From the NCBI GenBank assembly GCA_965199955.1, contig CBDATQ010000002.1, positions 896,001 to 960,000 of the forward strand: a stretch of DNA of 64,000 nt. Direction: 5' to 3'. The DNA is from Spirochaetia bacterium. GTDB taxonomy: Bacteria > Spirochaetota > Spirochaetia > SZUA-6 > Bin103. Below are positions 45,442-57,704 of the stretch, one piece after another (within the stretch, counting starts at the first letter, position 1; every line of letters starts with the position of its first letter). The notes under the pieces are model-generated. The model worked only from the letters and a program-made list of their open reading frames with translations, searched no databases and was not told the origin of the DNA. Position numbers and translations under genes: made by a program.

Positions 45442-46607
45442 GCCCGGTTGCCTGACCCCCAGGCGGAGGTGATCGGCTGGCCCTCGGCGAATCGGGTCGG
45501 CCGCAGCGCGCGGAGGTCGATGCGCGGCGTCCCGCCGGTGATCTCGGCCGCCAGCGACTCGCCGATCGGGGCGCCCAGCTTGAAGCCGTGCCCACTTCCG
45601 CCGAAGCAGGCATAGTAGCCGGCAAGCTCCGGCTCCGCGCCCACCACGGGGTGCCAGTCGTCGGTGATCGTGTAGATCGACGCCCATCCCTTCACCAGCC
45701 GCGCGCCGCGGAGCTGCGGCAGCCTGAGAAACAGACCGGTCTCGATCCGTGCGCGCGTGATGTCATCCAGGCCGGTGTCGTAGTCGTCGATGTCAAGAGG
45801 CTCCAGCTCCTTGGGGTAGTCGAGTCCCACCAGCAGCCCGTCGTCGCCGTGCGGCCGGAAATAGATGTGGCAGATCGGGTCGGCGACGATGGGCAGCTCC
45901 CCGAAGCCGGCCGGAAGCTCCATCACCAGGTCGGACTCGCGGCTCCAGCGGATGGAGTATCCCAGGCCCGAGGTGGCTCCGACCAGGCTGCCCCACGGCC
46001 CCGCGGCGTTGACCACGAGCGGCGTGTCGATGCGGCCCTGATCGGTTTCCACTGCGGTGACGCGTCCGCCGGCCGTCACGATGCCGCGTGCGCCGACCCC
46101 CTCGTGCGCGCTCAGCCCGGCCGGCTCCGCCGCCTCGACCAGGGTGCGCGTGGTCCGGACCGGGTCGGCGTAGCCGGCCCTGGGTTGATGGCAGGCGATT
46201 GCGATTCCGTGCGTGGAGAGCTGCGGCGCGATCTCCGACACGTCGTCGACCGATATCTCGCGCGTGCCGGTGCCGAACCGGTCCTCGTTGGCCAGCACCT
46301 GCCGGCCGATCTCCACGTGCTCGGGTCCGTACAGGATGAGCTGGCCGGTGCGCCGGAACCCGGTGGGCCCGCCCAGTTCCTCCCGGTCGTTCTCGAACAT
46401 GTCCATGGCCCGCAGCGCCAGCTCCACGGTCACCTTGTTGGAGTAGGAGCAGCGCACGTTGGCCGCCGAGTGGCCGGTGGAGACCGCAGCGAGGGTGCGC
46501 CGCTCCAGCAGCACCACCGAGCCGATGCCGGCCTTGGCCAGGAAGTGGCCGCAGGCAGCACCCATGATGCCGCCGCCGATAATCACGGCGTCCGCCGTTC
46601 GTTGCAT
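45438..46607 (-). CDS. FAD-dependent oxidoreductase (DadA/sarcosine oxidase beta family)
   Basis: IIGGGIMG, GYADP, VNAAGPW, ITDDWHPVVG and GSGHGFK. Confidence 0.9.
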   Translation of the reverse strand: MQRTADAVIIGGGIMGAACGHFLAKAGIGSVVLLERRTLAAVSTGHSAANVRCSYSNKVTVELALRAMDMFENDREELGGPTGFRRTGQLILYGPEHVEIGRQVLANEDRFGTGTREISVDDVSEIAPQLSTHGIAIACHQPRAGYADPVRTTRTLVEAAEPAGLSAHEGVGARGIVTAGGRVTAVETDQGRIDTPLVVNAAGPWGSLVGATSGLGYSIRWSRESDLVMELPAGFGELPIVADPICHIYFRPHGDDGLLVGLDYPKELEPLDIDDYDTGLDDITRARIETGLFLRLPQLRGARLVKGWASIYTITDDWHPVVGAEPELAGYYACFGGSGHGFKLGAPIGESLAAEITGGTPRIDLRALRPTRFAEGQPITSAWGSGNRA

Positions 46608-46629
46608 GTGCTTCACCAAGGCAGGTTAT

Positions 46630-48357
46630 TCACCAGGGCCGGGCGAGGGTAGGGCGCTCCGCGAACCGCTCCAGTGTGAACGAGATGCGCGCGCCGGCGC
46701 CCGGATCGAGGTGCACGTCGACCGCCGACCCGCCGACCGGCAGCGTCGCGCCGCCGGTCTCGGCGTGCCCGAACCGATGCTCGCCGTAGGTTCCTGCCTG
46801 CACCACGATCGAGCATGGCCGTCCGGGGTCCAGGTTGACCAGGGTGAGGTCCACCGAGCCGTCCGTCATCCCCTCCACCAGCGCCGCCGCCTGCGGAGGC
46901 AGCCCGGGCCGGCGGGCGCCGCGGTCGAAGTAGCGGACGCAGGCGTGCAGCGGCATGCCGGAGGCAAGGCCGTCGCCGAGCCCGCCGGCCATCAGCTCGA
47001 CCAGCGCCTGCGCGTTGGCGGGGTTCAGCCCGTTGGGGTTCTCGGACATGCGCGTGTCGGGCGTCGTGAGATCCTCGTCCATCTCCCGGAGCTGCCGGCG
47101 CACGCGCGCCAGCTCGCCCTGCAGCACCCGCACCGGGTAGTCGGGATCCTCGCCTGCCAGATAGCTCAGCCACGGAGTGCCGCCCAGGTCGCCCACGGGA
47201 CGGCTCCAGTAGCGCAGCTCGCTCGCTGCGTGCTGGAACGGCTCGGGCGACCAGGCGTACCAGCCGTCGTCGCCGTGCATCTGCGGGTAGACGGTCCTGC
47301 CGTCCTCGGTGCGGGCGAGGCCGTTGATCCGGTCGACCATGGTCCGCCACGGCTCCAGGTAGCCGCGGTCACCGGTGAGCATCATCGCCATGGCGAAGCC
47401 GTGGATGCTGCGGCCCAGGTGGCGCGGCGTGTGGCGCACCACCGGGCCGCCGGTGAGCGTGTGGCTCCAGCCGTAGGTGCCGCCCCACCAGCGCCCGCCG
47501 GCCGCGGAGCCGACGACGCCGTCCAGACCCACGTTGGAGGGGATGATGCCGTCGTTGGCGGCCATGCGCTCCACCCAGGCGTCCACGTAGCCCAGGATCC
47601 AGTCGCGATAGCGCTCCTCGCCCGAGAACAGGTAGGTCTGAAAGGCCATCGCCGTGGCGCTCAGGTTGCACGGGTTGTCGCCGGCGACATTGCGGTAGGT
47701 GGAGAAGTGCTCGAGGTAGTCCTCGTAGGTTCGGTGCCAGCGGTTGGGCCTGAAGCGGCCGGGCTCGAACGGCTCGCCCGCCCAGTCGGCCAGCTCCGCG
47801 CGGCGCGTCACCGGCCCCCGGCTGCCGTTCATGAGGCTGCGGATGACGCGATGCTCGGGGTCGTAGTTGGGGGCCAACGGATCGTCGCCCAGGTAGAAGC
47901 CGGCGAAGCGCCGCATGCGCGCCTGCCACATGGCGTCTTCGGGGTCGCACAGCCCCTCCTGAAACAGCGGGTGGTAGCCCTCGCCGTTGTGCAGCCAGTC
48001 CATGCTGGTCGGGAACTCGCGGAAATACATGCCGTCCCGCGCCAGTTCGGTGGAAGGCGAGCGCGCCTCCGTGTACTGCCGGATGTGCCCGTTGATGCCG
48101 GTGCGGTAGCGGTCCAGCAGTACCTGCGGCGCGCCCAGCGCGTAGAGATCGGTCAGGCCGTCGACGTTCTCGGCCGCGTCGTCGGCGCCGTCCAGCGCGC
48201 CCCAGCGCGGTACGCACAGCAGGTATCCGCGCGGGTCGAAGTAGCGGTCGCAGAACTCCAGGTAGGCGTCCGTGATCGCGTCGAGCAGTTGCCGTTCGAG
48301 CAGCGCCCAGTGCGGCGCCGGCATCGGTTCGCTGATGCGGAGCGTGGTGCGGGCCAT
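46630..48357 (-). CDS. Conserved hypothetical protein (possible alpha/alpha-barrel carbohydrate-active enzyme)
   Basis: Well-formed ORF with RWGALDGADDAAE, DWLHNGEG, IPSNVGLDG and WWGGTYGW. Function not recognised. Confidence 0.7.
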   Translation of the reverse strand: MARTTLRISEPMPAPHWALLERQLLDAITDAYLEFCDRYFDPRGYLLCVPRWGALDGADDAAENVDGLTDLYALGAPQVLLDRYRTGINGHIRQYTEARSPSTELARDGMYFREFPTSMDWLHNGEGYHPLFQEGLCDPEDAMWQARMRRFAGFYLGDDPLAPNYDPEHRVIRSLMNGSRGPVTRRAELADWAGEPFEPGRFRPNRWHRTYEDYLEHFSTYRNVAGDNPCNLSATAMAFQTYLFSGEERYRDWILGYVDAWVERMAANDGIIPSNVGLDGVVGSAAGGRWWGGTYGWSHTLTGGPVVRHTPRHLGRSIHGFAMAMMLTGDRGYLEPWRTMVDRINGLARTEDGRTVYPQMHGDDGWYAWSPEPFQHAASELRYWSRPVGDLGGTPWLSYLAGEDPDYPVRVLQGELARVRRQLREMDEDLTTPDTRMSENPNGLNPANAQALVELMAGGLGDGLASGMPLHACVRYFDRGARRPGLPPQAAALVEGMTDGSVDLTLVNLDPGRPCSIVVQAGTYGEHRFGHAETGGATLPVGGSAVDVHLDPGAGARISFTLERFAERPTLARPW

Positions 48358-48431
48358 CGGTGAGTGCTGGTAGTCTGCCGGATTGCCGCGTAAGCGGCCA
48401 GCCGGCAGACTACCAGCGAGGTGGGGATGGG

Positions 48432-48464
48432 CCGCCAAACGACGCCGGAGGCGCCGTTTGGCGG
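48432..48464. terminator. GC-rich hairpin downstream of modBC
   Basis: CCGCCAAACG-ACGCC-GGA-GGCGC-CGTTTGGCGG. No U-tract. Confidence 0.3.
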
Positions 48465-48531
48465 GCGCCTTGCGCGCCGGGGGCGGGGTGAATCAAGCGC
48501 CGGTGGAGCCGGGCCGAAGGAAGGCCGCCGG

Positions 48532-50151
<1,620 letters not shown>

Positions 50152-50170
50152 CAGGGAATCAGGAAGATCG

Positions 50171-51169
50171 TCAGGTTTCTCGCTCAGCGCATGAGGAAAT
50201 CCGCATGTAGGTGCCTCTGGTCCCTCTGTCTTCTACATTCACGACGGGCTCGTCCAGTAGTGGTTCTTCATGGAACAGACCTCTCAGCACGTCCTGGACG
50301 CGCGCGTGCCAGTCCTCCACTGTCGTTCTCCTGTCTCCCCTCTCGTCCAAGAGCGGTTCGACGGCGGTCCTGAAGACCTGGACGAATCCGTCAAGATCCT
50401 GGTAGTACGGAGAACCGGCGTAGACGAGGTACTTGTACTCACTGTTCTGAAAAATAAAATAGCGATGTCCTTCGGTGCCCTCCGAGACAAGCTCACCGTT
50501 CGTCATCACGATATCCGGCTCGTCGTTTCGGAATCGATCGACGCTCCAGGCAGCATATCTGAACGCACTTCCAAGATCATCTATCCTGACGCGATACGTG
50601 CAGGTCTCCCATTCCAGGACCGGATAGACATACTCGTGCAGGCTTGGATGCAACTGGCTTCGCTCTACCTCCACGAGCTGCATGCGCTTCTGGCTCGCGA
50701 TCTCGGTCTCATGCCAGATCCTCGCAACGTTGCCATCGGCATCGAACCACACGAGTGGGACTCCTCCCTGCTCGGGTTCGTCCGCATCGCTGCGTACGAT
50801 CGAGAGGGGACGCCATCCTTGCCGGCCGCAGTCGTATTGGTCTGACGTCGCGATCGTCCCGGTGAACTCCTCATCGATCATCTCGTCATAGAGCTGCACG
50901 AACTCCTGCGCTGTCTGAATGCTTGGAAGCGGGTGGTTTCTCGGTAGCGGAAACGAGACGATCTCTGCCAATACGCGCTGGTTCCCCGCCGCGACGGAGC
51001 GGATGAATCTGTTCACTATGTAGGTGTCTTCCAACTCTCCGGCGTCCTTGTATGCGCAGTTCCTTTCGGAACTGTCGCAATAGGCTCTACAGGAAGTTAC
51101 CTCCGCCGCCAGCGGGACGAGCCCGAACGACAGCGCAAGCAGCGCGGCAATCAACAGGGTCATGCGCAT
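50171..51169 (-). CDS. Secreted hypothetical protein (lower GC)
   Basis: Signal peptide [23 protein letters not shown], followed by VSFPL, YRVRID, RYAAW and PDIV..NG. Confidence 0.7.
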   Translation of the reverse strand: MRMTLLIAALLALSFGLVPLAAEVTSCRAYCDSSERNCAYKDAGELEDTYIVNRFIRSVAAGNQRVLAEIVSFPLPRNHPLPSIQTAQEFVQLYDEMIDEEFTGTIATSDQYDCGRQGWRPLSIVRSDADEPEQGGVPLVWFDADGNVARIWHETEIASQKRMQLVEVERSQLHPSLHEYVYPVLEWETCTYRVRIDDLGSAFRYAAWSVDRFRNDEPDIVMTNGELVSEGTEGHRYFIFQNSEYKYLVYAGSPYYQDLDGFVQVFRTAVEPLLDERGDRRTTVEDWHARVQDVLRGLFHEEPLLDEPVVNVEDRGTRGTYMRISSCAERET

Positions 51170-51265
51170 CGGTCTTTCCTCGGAGATGGAGAACCCGAGC
51201 CGTGGCAGAAACCCGCCGCCTCGTGGTCTTCATTGCAGATTGTACATCCCACCTGTCGCGTAATG

Positions 51266-52063
51266 TCAAAAGGGGGCCAGAAACCCGTGCGTGTGCAGGA
51301 TCGCCTGGCCCTCCGGGGAGAGCAGGAAGGCGATCCATCGTTCGGCCGGCTCGGCGGCGCCGCCGTTGGGGACGATGCCGATGACGTACTCGGCCCGTTC
51401 GTTGAAGGCGGCGGGGATCGGGATCATGCGCACGCGCGTGGATGCCGCCGCGTCGGTGCGGTAGACGATGCCGGCGTCCGCCTCGCCCAACTCCACCTTG
51501 GCCCGCACCAGCCGCACGTTGTTCTCCAGGGAGACCACGTGCGCCAGCACGGTCGCCTCGAACTCCGCGCCCAGAGCCGCAGCGGAGCGGCGCAGCGCCG
51601 CACGGGTGTAGCGGCCCACCGGGACGCTCGCGGTGCCGATGACCAGCCGTTCGGCGGCGGCCAGGTCGCCGAAGGACTCGATGCCGGCGGGATTGTCCGG
51701 AGGCACGATCACCGCCAGCTCGTTGACCGCGAAGGATCGGACGCCGCGAAGGAGCCCCGCGTCGTGCAGTGCACGGGCATGCTCGCGATCGGCCGACGCG
51801 AACAGATCTGCCGGCGCGCCCTGCTCGATCTGCAGCCGCAGGATCTGGCTCCCGGCGAAGCTGAGCGCCGCGTCGACGTCGGCGTGGGCAGCTTCGAACG
51901 CTCGCTCGATCTCCGTGAAGGCGTCCGTGAGCGAGGAGGCGGCGTACACGTTCAGCCGGAGCCGCTCGGTGTCGCCTCCGGCGGCGGCGGCGGCGGGCAG
52001 CATGACGCCGAACAGGGCGGCGGAGGCGGCGACCAGGGACGATCGAGCGACGGAACCGCGCAC
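51266..52063 (-). CDS. modA: Molybdate ABC transporter substrate-binding protein
   Basis: [35 protein letters not shown] and [12 protein letters not shown]. Confidence 0.93.
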   Translation of the reverse strand: MRGSVARSSLVAASAALFGVMLPAAAAAGGDTERLRLNVYAASSLTDAFTEIERAFEAAHADVDAALSFAGSQILRLQIEQGAPADLFASADREHARALHDAGLLRGVRSFAVNELAVIVPPDNPAGIESFGDLAAAERLVIGTASVPVGRYTRAALRRSAAALGAEFEATVLAHVVSLENNVRLVRAKVELGEADAGIVYRTDAAASTRVRMIPIPAAFNERAEYVIGIVPNGGAAEPAERWIAFLLSPEGQAILHTHGFLAPF

Positions 52064-52137
52064 GCGCCGATCATCGCATGCGGCGGTTCATCATGGCGAG
52101 TTGACAAGACTGGAAGTAGGGAATTAAGCGTCTGTCA

Positions 52138-52326
52138 ATGGACCTGAAGCAGGATCTTTTCGGCGTCGTGGAGGCGTTGAGCCGAGCCCACGTGCCGTAT
52201 GCTCTGTGCGGATGCATGGTTGTAGTCCTGCATGGATATCCACGCCTCACCCGCGATATAGATCTGCTGATAGCCGGACGCCATCAGGATCTCGGCGATG
52301 TCGAACAGCTCGAGAGCGCGCCGTGA
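52138..52326 (+). pseudogene. Hollowed nucleotidyltransferase-fold (AbiEii/DUF6036-like) gene
   Basis: YALCG...LHGYPRLTRDIDLLI is joined in frame to the family C-terminus AGRHQDLGDVEQLE*. Confidence 0.65.
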
Positions 52327-52378
52327 ACGGTACCGCGGAGCAGGGCGCGTGAGTCCTGAGTCGTCCGGAGTGAGCGAG

Positions 52379-52600
52379 ATGAAGTGGAAGGGAGTGCTGA
52401 TCGCGGAGTCGTTGCGGAGCGACAGGGGCATCTGGGACCGTGTCGAGGTGACGGGACGGGCGAAGGGCCGGCTGGAGAGCGAGGGAGCGCGGGGCGAGTT
52501 CACGTTCTGCAACGTCGAAGTGTCGGACGAGGCCGTCGACTCCCTGCTGGAGGATGTCGCCGAGCGGCTGGAATCGCCCGGCTGGTACTTCCACGTCGAG
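52379..52600 (+). pseudogene. Truncated hypothetical protein
   Basis: MKWKGVLIAESL...ERLESPGWYFHV looks protein-like, then runs into unrelated sequence. Confidence 0.4.
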
Positions 52601-52728
52601 AGGGGCCGGGCGGGCTCGGCGTCACTGCTGCCCCTTCGAAGCGATGGCGATCAAGGTGTCCAAGCTGGTGGTGACGCCCGACCTGCCGGCCCTGATATGA
52701 TGGTGCCGGTCGCGTTGAGACCACATCT

Positions 52729-53040
52729 ATGCCGGTATACGTATATCGATGCAAGACCTGCGAGCGGCTGTTCGAGAAGCTGCTGTTCAGCTCGGACAGC
52801 CCGGAGGCCGCCCGGACACCGTGCCCGGACTGCGGCGCCGAAGCGCCGCGCGACTACTCCACCCACACCTTCGCCTCCCCGAACATCGGCACCACGGGCG
52901 AGCTGGCGGAGGACTCCGAGCCGTACAAGGCCATGCACTATCACGAGAAGCGGGGCGAGTGGGAGCAGGCGGCGAAAGCGGCCGAAGGCGTGAGCGACTT
53001 CGCCAAGCAGAAGTTCATCCAGAAGGCCGAGCAGGACTGA
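52729..53040 (+). CDS. FmdB-family zinc-ribbon protein with helical C-terminal extension
   Basis: MPVYVYRCKTC...FE...CPDCG. Confidence 0.85.
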   Translation: MPVYVYRCKTCERLFEKLLFSSDSPEAARTPCPDCGAEAPRDYSTHTFASPNIGTTGELAEDSEPYKAMHYHEKRGEWEQAAKAAEGVSDFAKQKFIQKAEQD

Positions 53041-53062
53041 TCAGCGGCCGCGTGGCGTCCGT

Positions 53063-53899
53063 TCAGCATGCGCCCGTGGTCTTGCCTCGCAGCATCGGCA
53101 CAGGTGTGGCTGTGCCGTCGGCGAGCGCGCGTACGGGATCGCAACCGGCGTTCGCAACCGCTTCGGCGCCGAAGGAGAAGCCGGCCCAGGGCGGGAGTCG
53201 GAGCGGATCGTATCCGGCCCGGCGGGCGGCATCGTCTCCGTAGAGGCAGGCGAAGCAGGTAGCGAGCCGATCGGAGTCGAGGTGCCTGCCCATCACCTCG
53301 GCCGTGCGTGAAAGCGCGGCGGGATCCAGCCGATGCTCGGGTGTCCCGCCGAAGCGGGCCGCCAGCCCTTCCTGCAGCAGGCGGTCGCGCAGCAGCCGCG
53401 GCTCGCCGTGCCTGCGCTGATAGGCCAGGCGATACGCCGCCTCCGCCGCGGCGGCCTCGATCCGTTCCGGAGCGTGCGCGTGGGGCGGATCTCCCGTCCA
53501 GAGCACACAGACGGCCCAGCCGCGCGTGCGGAGCGCCCGGCCCTGGAAGCGTACCTGCTCATCCGACAGGCAGCGGTCGGTCCAGCCGCCGCCCGCGTCG
53601 TCGGCCAGCACCAGCGCCACCCGCATCACGCCGCCGAGCGCGTCCTCCGGCAGTCGATCCGCCACCCGCGTCAGCGCCCTGCGCGCCGTCGCCTCGGCGC
53701 CGGCGTCGATGAGCCGGTCGAGCACGGTCACGACGTGGTCGGAGCCCATGGGATTGAACAGGGGCAGCGGCAGCTTCAGGTCGCCGCGCCCGTCGGTCAT
53801 CGCGTCCAGGTAGGCGCGAAAGCGCCGCGGGCCGCGCGGAATGTCGTAGAGCCCGCGCTGGACCTCCAGCGTCGGGACCAGCGTGGGGAGGCGGCTCAG
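53063..53899 (-). CDS. Conserved hypothetical protein
   Basis: QRGLYDIPRGPRRFRAYL, NPMG, DDAGGGWTDR, QEG and CLYGD...GY. Start uncertain, possibly a CTG overlapping the upstream TGA. Confidence 0.65.
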   Translation of the reverse strand: MSRLPTLVPTLEVQRGLYDIPRGPRRFRAYLDAMTDGRGDLKLPLPLFNPMGSDHVVTVLDRLIDAGAEATARRALTRVADRLPEDALGGVMRVALVLADDAGGGWTDRCLSDEQVRFQGRALRTRGWAVCVLWTGDPPHAHAPERIEAAAAEAAYRLAYQRRHGEPRLLRDRLLQEGLAARFGGTPEHRLDPAALSRTAEVMGRHLDSDRLATCFACLYGDDAARRAGYDPLRLPPWAGFSFGAEAVANAGCDPVRALADGTATPVPMLRGKTTGAC

Positions 53900-54918
53900 A
53901 GCTTCGTGGCGATGATGTCGCTCGCGCCGTCGCGGACGAAACGGACGGCGTCGTCGACCATCTGCCGGAAGGAGAACGGCGGGTCGTAGCCGAAGTCCCG
54001 GCGGGCCGCCGAAAGGTCGTGCTCGTAGTAGGTGGGCGTGACCGGCAGGTCGAAGGTCGAGCAGGGGGCGCCGAGCCGCTCGGCCAGGTAGGGGACGACG
54101 GTGTCCCAGGTGATCGGCCGGCCCGAGGCGAGCTGGTAGACCCTGCCGAAGGTGTTCGCGTTGCCCGTGGCGCGCTCGTAGGCGTGCACGATGTCCCGCA
54201 CCTCCACCGTGTGCTTCTTCCACGGCCGTCCGCGGCGGTCGCGGGCGACGATCAGGTGGGGCTCGCCGGCATAGACGGCACGCATGGCAGCGAGCACCTC
54301 CCGCGCATCCTCATCGGAGCTCGATTCGAGCTGATCGATGAAGGTCCACAGGTGGAACTGCGGGAAGCTGAGCATCTCGCCGGCGCCGAAGGCGAAGCTG
54401 TAGCGGAACACGGTCGCCGGCATGCCCTCGTCCCGGACGTAGCGGTCCACCAGGTGCTCGGTGAGGATCTTGCTGTACCCGTACCAGCCGGTCGTGTCCA
54501 GCGGGAGCGTGTCGACACCGATCGGCTCCTCGATGCCGTCCTCCGGGTACTTGTGCATGGTCGCGTCGGTGCTGGAGACGATCACGTGCCGCAGTCTGGA
54601 GCCCAGCCCGGAGGCGGCTTGAAGCACGTTGAAGGTGCCCTTGACATTGGTGTCGAAGTACTGCTCCGGCGTGAACGGGCCGCCGGCCTGAAAGGCGGCG
54701 CCCAGGTGCAGGATCACCTCCTGGCCGTCGGCCGCGGCGGTCACGTCGGCGTAGCGGATCAGATCGCCCTCGACGATCTCCGCGCCGAGCTGCCGCAGCT
54801 TGTCGCCTTGCCGGTCCTGCGGCCAGACGAAGCCGCGCACGGCGTGCCCGCGGTCCAGGAAGTGGCGGGCGATGTTGGCGCCGATGCGGCCGGTGATGCC
54901 GGTGATCAGGATGTTCAT
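53896..54918 (-). CDS. NAD-dependent epimerase/dehydratase
   Basis: ITGITGRIG, HLGA, NVKGTFN and YGYSK. Confidence 0.88.
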   Translation of the reverse strand: MNILITGITGRIGANIARHFLDRGHAVRGFVWPQDRQGDKLRQLGAEIVEGDLIRYADVTAAADGQEVILHLGAAFQAGGPFTPEQYFDTNVKGTFNVLQAASGLGSRLRHVIVSSTDATMHKYPEDGIEEPIGVDTLPLDTTGWYGYSKILTEHLVDRYVRDEGMPATVFRYSFAFGAGEMLSFPQFHLWTFIDQLESSSDEDAREVLAAMRAVYAGEPHLIVARDRRGRPWKKHTVEVRDIVHAYERATGNANTFGRVYQLASGRPITWDTVVPYLAERLGAPCSTFDLPVTPTYYEHDLSAARRDFGYDPPFSFRQMVDDAVRFVRDGASDIIATKL

Positions 54919-55047
54919 GATCGGGTGGTGGTGCGCCAGCCGACGATAGGCCGCGGGGCGCGGGCCGTCCACCGCCCGCGGGCGCGCTCGCCATCCGCTT
55001 CGGCGCTGAAGTACGCTTCGGCTCCGAAGAGCGCGGAGGAGGCTCGC

Positions 55048-55638
55048 ATGGCAACGGAAGCAGACGGCGTGCTGATCATCGTCGGCGACGCCACCGAGAC
55101 GGTGGACACACTCTATCCGTTCCTGCGCGTGCAGGAGGAAGGGTTCCGGCCAGTGGTCGCCGGCCCCGAGCGGCGGCGTTACCAGATGGTGCTGCACGAG
55201 ATCCCGCAGAGCGGCTGGGAGATCACGCGCGAGTACGAGGGCTACACCATCCAGGCGGAGGTGGCCTTCGCCGACGTGCGGCCCGAGGAGTACGTCGGAC
55301 TCTTCTTCTCCGGCGGCCGGGCGCCCGAGTACATCCGCTACGACCCGGACCTGGTGCGGATCACCCGCCACTTCTTCGAGCGCGACAAGCCGGTGGCCTC
55401 GGTCTGCCACGGCGTGGAGATCCCGGCCTACGCCGGGGTGGTGAAGGGGCGGACGATGGCGTGCGTGCCCAAGTGCCGGTTCGACCTGGAGGTGTGCGGC
55501 GGGATCTATTCCGAGGAGCCGTGGGCGGTCGACGGCAACCTGGTGTCCGGCCGTACGTGGCACGACCACGGCCGCTACATGCAGCACTGGATGGCCCTGC
55601 TGCACGCCGAGCGCACGCGCATGGAGGAGGCGGCATGA
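55048..55638 (+). CDS. DJ-1/PfpI family protein
   Basis: GDATE, SGGRAPEY, SVCHG and VDGNLVSGRTW. RBS GGAGG. Confidence 0.9.
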   Translation: MATEADGVLIIVGDATETVDTLYPFLRVQEEGFRPVVAGPERRRYQMVLHEIPQSGWEITREYEGYTIQAEVAFADVRPEEYVGLFFSGGRAPEYIRYDPDLVRITRHFFERDKPVASVCHGVEIPAYAGVVKGRTMACVPKCRFDLEVCGGIYSEEPWAVDGNLVSGRTWHDHGRYMQHWMALLHAERTRMEEAA

Positions 55639-56477
55639 GCAGTCCGATGAAGCTGGGATACGGCACCTACGCCATGCAGAAGCTGGACGTGTACGAGGCG
55701 CTGCCGCGGCTGCGCGCGCTCGGCTACGAGACGATCGAGATCATGGGCGAGGAGGGCTGGTCGACGGCGCCGGACCTGATGGACCGCGAGGACCGCACGC
55801 GGCTCGCAGGCACCATTCGCGACCTGGGGTTCGACCTGTCGGCGGTGATGGCACTGCTGCCCCTCTGCGAGGAGGGCGCCGGCCGGCCGGCGCTGCTGGA
55901 GCGGTTCCGGGCCATCTGCGCCCTGGCCCGCGACCTGTGGCTGGACGACGAGCCGGCGGTGGTCAGTTCGCCGCCGGCGCATCCGCACCCGCCCTGGGAC
56001 GGAGGGCGCGAGAGGATCGCGGCCAGCCTGCTGGAGCTGGCCGACATCGCCCGCGATCACGGCGTCGTCCTTGCCGCCGAGCCGCACGTCGGCGGCGCCC
56101 TGGACGCCCCGGAGAAGGCTGTCTGGCTGATGGAGCGGACCGATCATCCGGCCCTGCGGATCAACTTCGACATAAGCCACTTCCACGTGCAGGGGATGGA
56201 TCTCCGGCACAGCGTCGACCTGTGCCTGCCGCACGCCGTGCACATCCACGTCAAGGATGGGTACCTCGACGCCGACGGCAACGTCGTCTTCCAGCTTCCC
56301 GGCGAGGGGAGCCTGGACCTGGGCGAGTACTTCCGCCTGGTGGTTGGGCACCGCACGGACATCGCGGTAACCGCCGAAGTGAGCGCCATGATCTGGAAGC
56401 GTCCCGACTACGATCCCTGGGATGCGGCGGAACGTTGCTATGCCGCCCTTGCGGCAGCGAGGGACTCCGTCGCCTGA
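55635..56477 (+). CDS. Sugar phosphate isomerase/epimerase (TIM barrel)
   Basis: AAEPH, NFDISH, HIHVKD, LPGEG and AEVS. Confidence 0.85.
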   Translation: MSSPMKLGYGTYAMQKLDVYEALPRLRALGYETIEIMGEEGWSTAPDLMDREDRTRLAGTIRDLGFDLSAVMALLPLCEEGAGRPALLERFRAICALARDLWLDDEPAVVSSPPAHPHPPWDGGRERIAASLLELADIARDHGVVLAAEPHVGGALDAPEKAVWLMERTDHPALRINFDISHFHVQGMDLRHSVDLCLPHAVHIHVKDGYLDADGNVVFQLPGEGSLDLGEYFRLVVGHRTDIAVTAEVSAMIWKRPDYDPWDAAERCYAALAAARDSVA

Positions 56478-56491
56478 CGTTCCATGACCCG

Positions 56492-56941
56492 GTGATACGT
56501 CCCATCGCGCGGGAGGACCTGGAGGACTGCGCGCGGCTGTTCCGCGAGGTGTTCGCCGAGCCGCCGTACCGGGAGTCCTGGAGTGCTGCACAGGCGCTCA
56601 CCTATCTCGAACGGTTCTGGCGGTTCGACCCCGAGCACTGCCTGCTGGCGCTCGACGGCGAGGAGGTGACCGGAGCGATGTTCGGCTACCGCTACCCTTG
56701 GCGGAACCGCGTCAACTACTACATCCAGGAGCTGTTCGTGCGGGCCGATCGGAGGCGGTCAGGGCGCGGTCGCGGACTCATCCGCCACCTGCTCGACTCG
56801 CTCGGCACGAAGGCCTCCATCTCCCTGATCGCCAACAGGACGACGCCCGCGGCGAGGTTCTACGAAGAGCTGGGGCTGCGGCAGCACCAGCGCTACAAGT
56901 TCTACGCCGGCATGGTGCGTGCGGAGACGATCAGGCGGTAG
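56492..56941 (+). CDS. GNAT family N-acetyltransferase
   Basis: PPYRESW, YIQELFV, RRSGRG and ARFYEELG. Confidence 0.8.
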   Translation: MIRPIAREDLEDCARLFREVFAEPPYRESWSAAQALTYLERFWRFDPEHCLLALDGEEVTGAMFGYRYPWRNRVNYYIQELFVRADRRRSGRGRGLIRHLLDSLGTKASISLIANRTTPAARFYEELGLRQHQRYKFYAGMVRAETIRR

Positions 56942-57704
56942 ACGGGGGCTGGTACGCTTCCCAGAGCGCCCGGTAGTAGCGGAGCAGGCGCTCCCCGTCG
57001 GCGTTGCCCTGGATCTCGGCCAGCGTGTATCCGGTGTAGCCGTCGCGCTGGAGCCTCGCGAACAGGTCGCGCCACGGGTAGTCGGTGTGTAGCTCGTTGA
57101 TGTGCACGAGTCCGATCTTGTGGCGCAGCAGCCCGTAGGCTTCGTCGATGGAGCCGTTCACGGGCTCGCCCGGGTTAGAGTTCCAGCAGAGATAGGCGTT
57201 GTCGTGGTCGGCGTGATCGATGATGGTGCGCATCCGGCGCGGCTCCTGCGTCTCGCGGCCGTGCACCTCGACCCGGACCGCGACGCCCAGGTCGGCGGCT
57301 GCCTGCGCGCACTCGCGGACGGCCAGCCCGATCTGTTCCAGGGTCTTCTCCTCGGGGATGCCCGCCTCAGTCTGCAGGCCGTTGGGGCGCACCTTGATGC
57401 CGGGACAGCCCAGGTCGGCGGCGAGCTTCGCGTAGGCGATGGTGCCGTCGATGTTCTCGCGCACGACCGCCGGATCGACGGCATGGTACTCGAACGCGCT
57501 GCCCAGGCCGGCGATCTCCACGCCGCCGTCGGCGAACTGCTGCCGCACCTCCGCGCGCTCGGCGGCGCTCAGCTCCACCTCCACGCCGTGCGCGTGGGTG
57601 GTGCGGAGCTCGACGCCGGACATGCTTGCGGCGTTGCACATGCTGATGAGCGTGGGAACGTCCCACTCGGCACCGATCTGGTACGTGACGAATCCAAGTT
57701 TCAC
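56931..57704 (-). CDS. Sugar phosphate isomerase/epimerase (TIM barrel)
   Basis: VELRTTHAHGVE, IKVRPN, EVHG, CWNSN, VHINEL and LAEI. GTG start with RBS AGGAGGAG. Confidence 0.85.
   Translation of the reverse strand: MKLGFVTYQIGAEWDVPTLISMCNAASMSGVELRTTHAHGVEVELSAAERAEVRQQFADGGVEIAGLGSAFEYHAVDPAVVRENIDGTIAYAKLAADLGCPGIKVRPNGLQTEAGIPEEKTLEQIGLAVRECAQAAADLGVAVRVEVHGRETQEPRRMRTIIDHADHDNAYLCWNSNPGEPVNGSIDEAYGLLRHKIGLVHINELHTDYPWRDLFARLQRDGYTGYTLAEIQGNADGERLLRYYRALWEAYQPPSTA

Noticed and set aside
52064..52137. Moco riboswitch or ModE box upstream of modA
   Set aside because: No recognisable consensus, and the space is very short.
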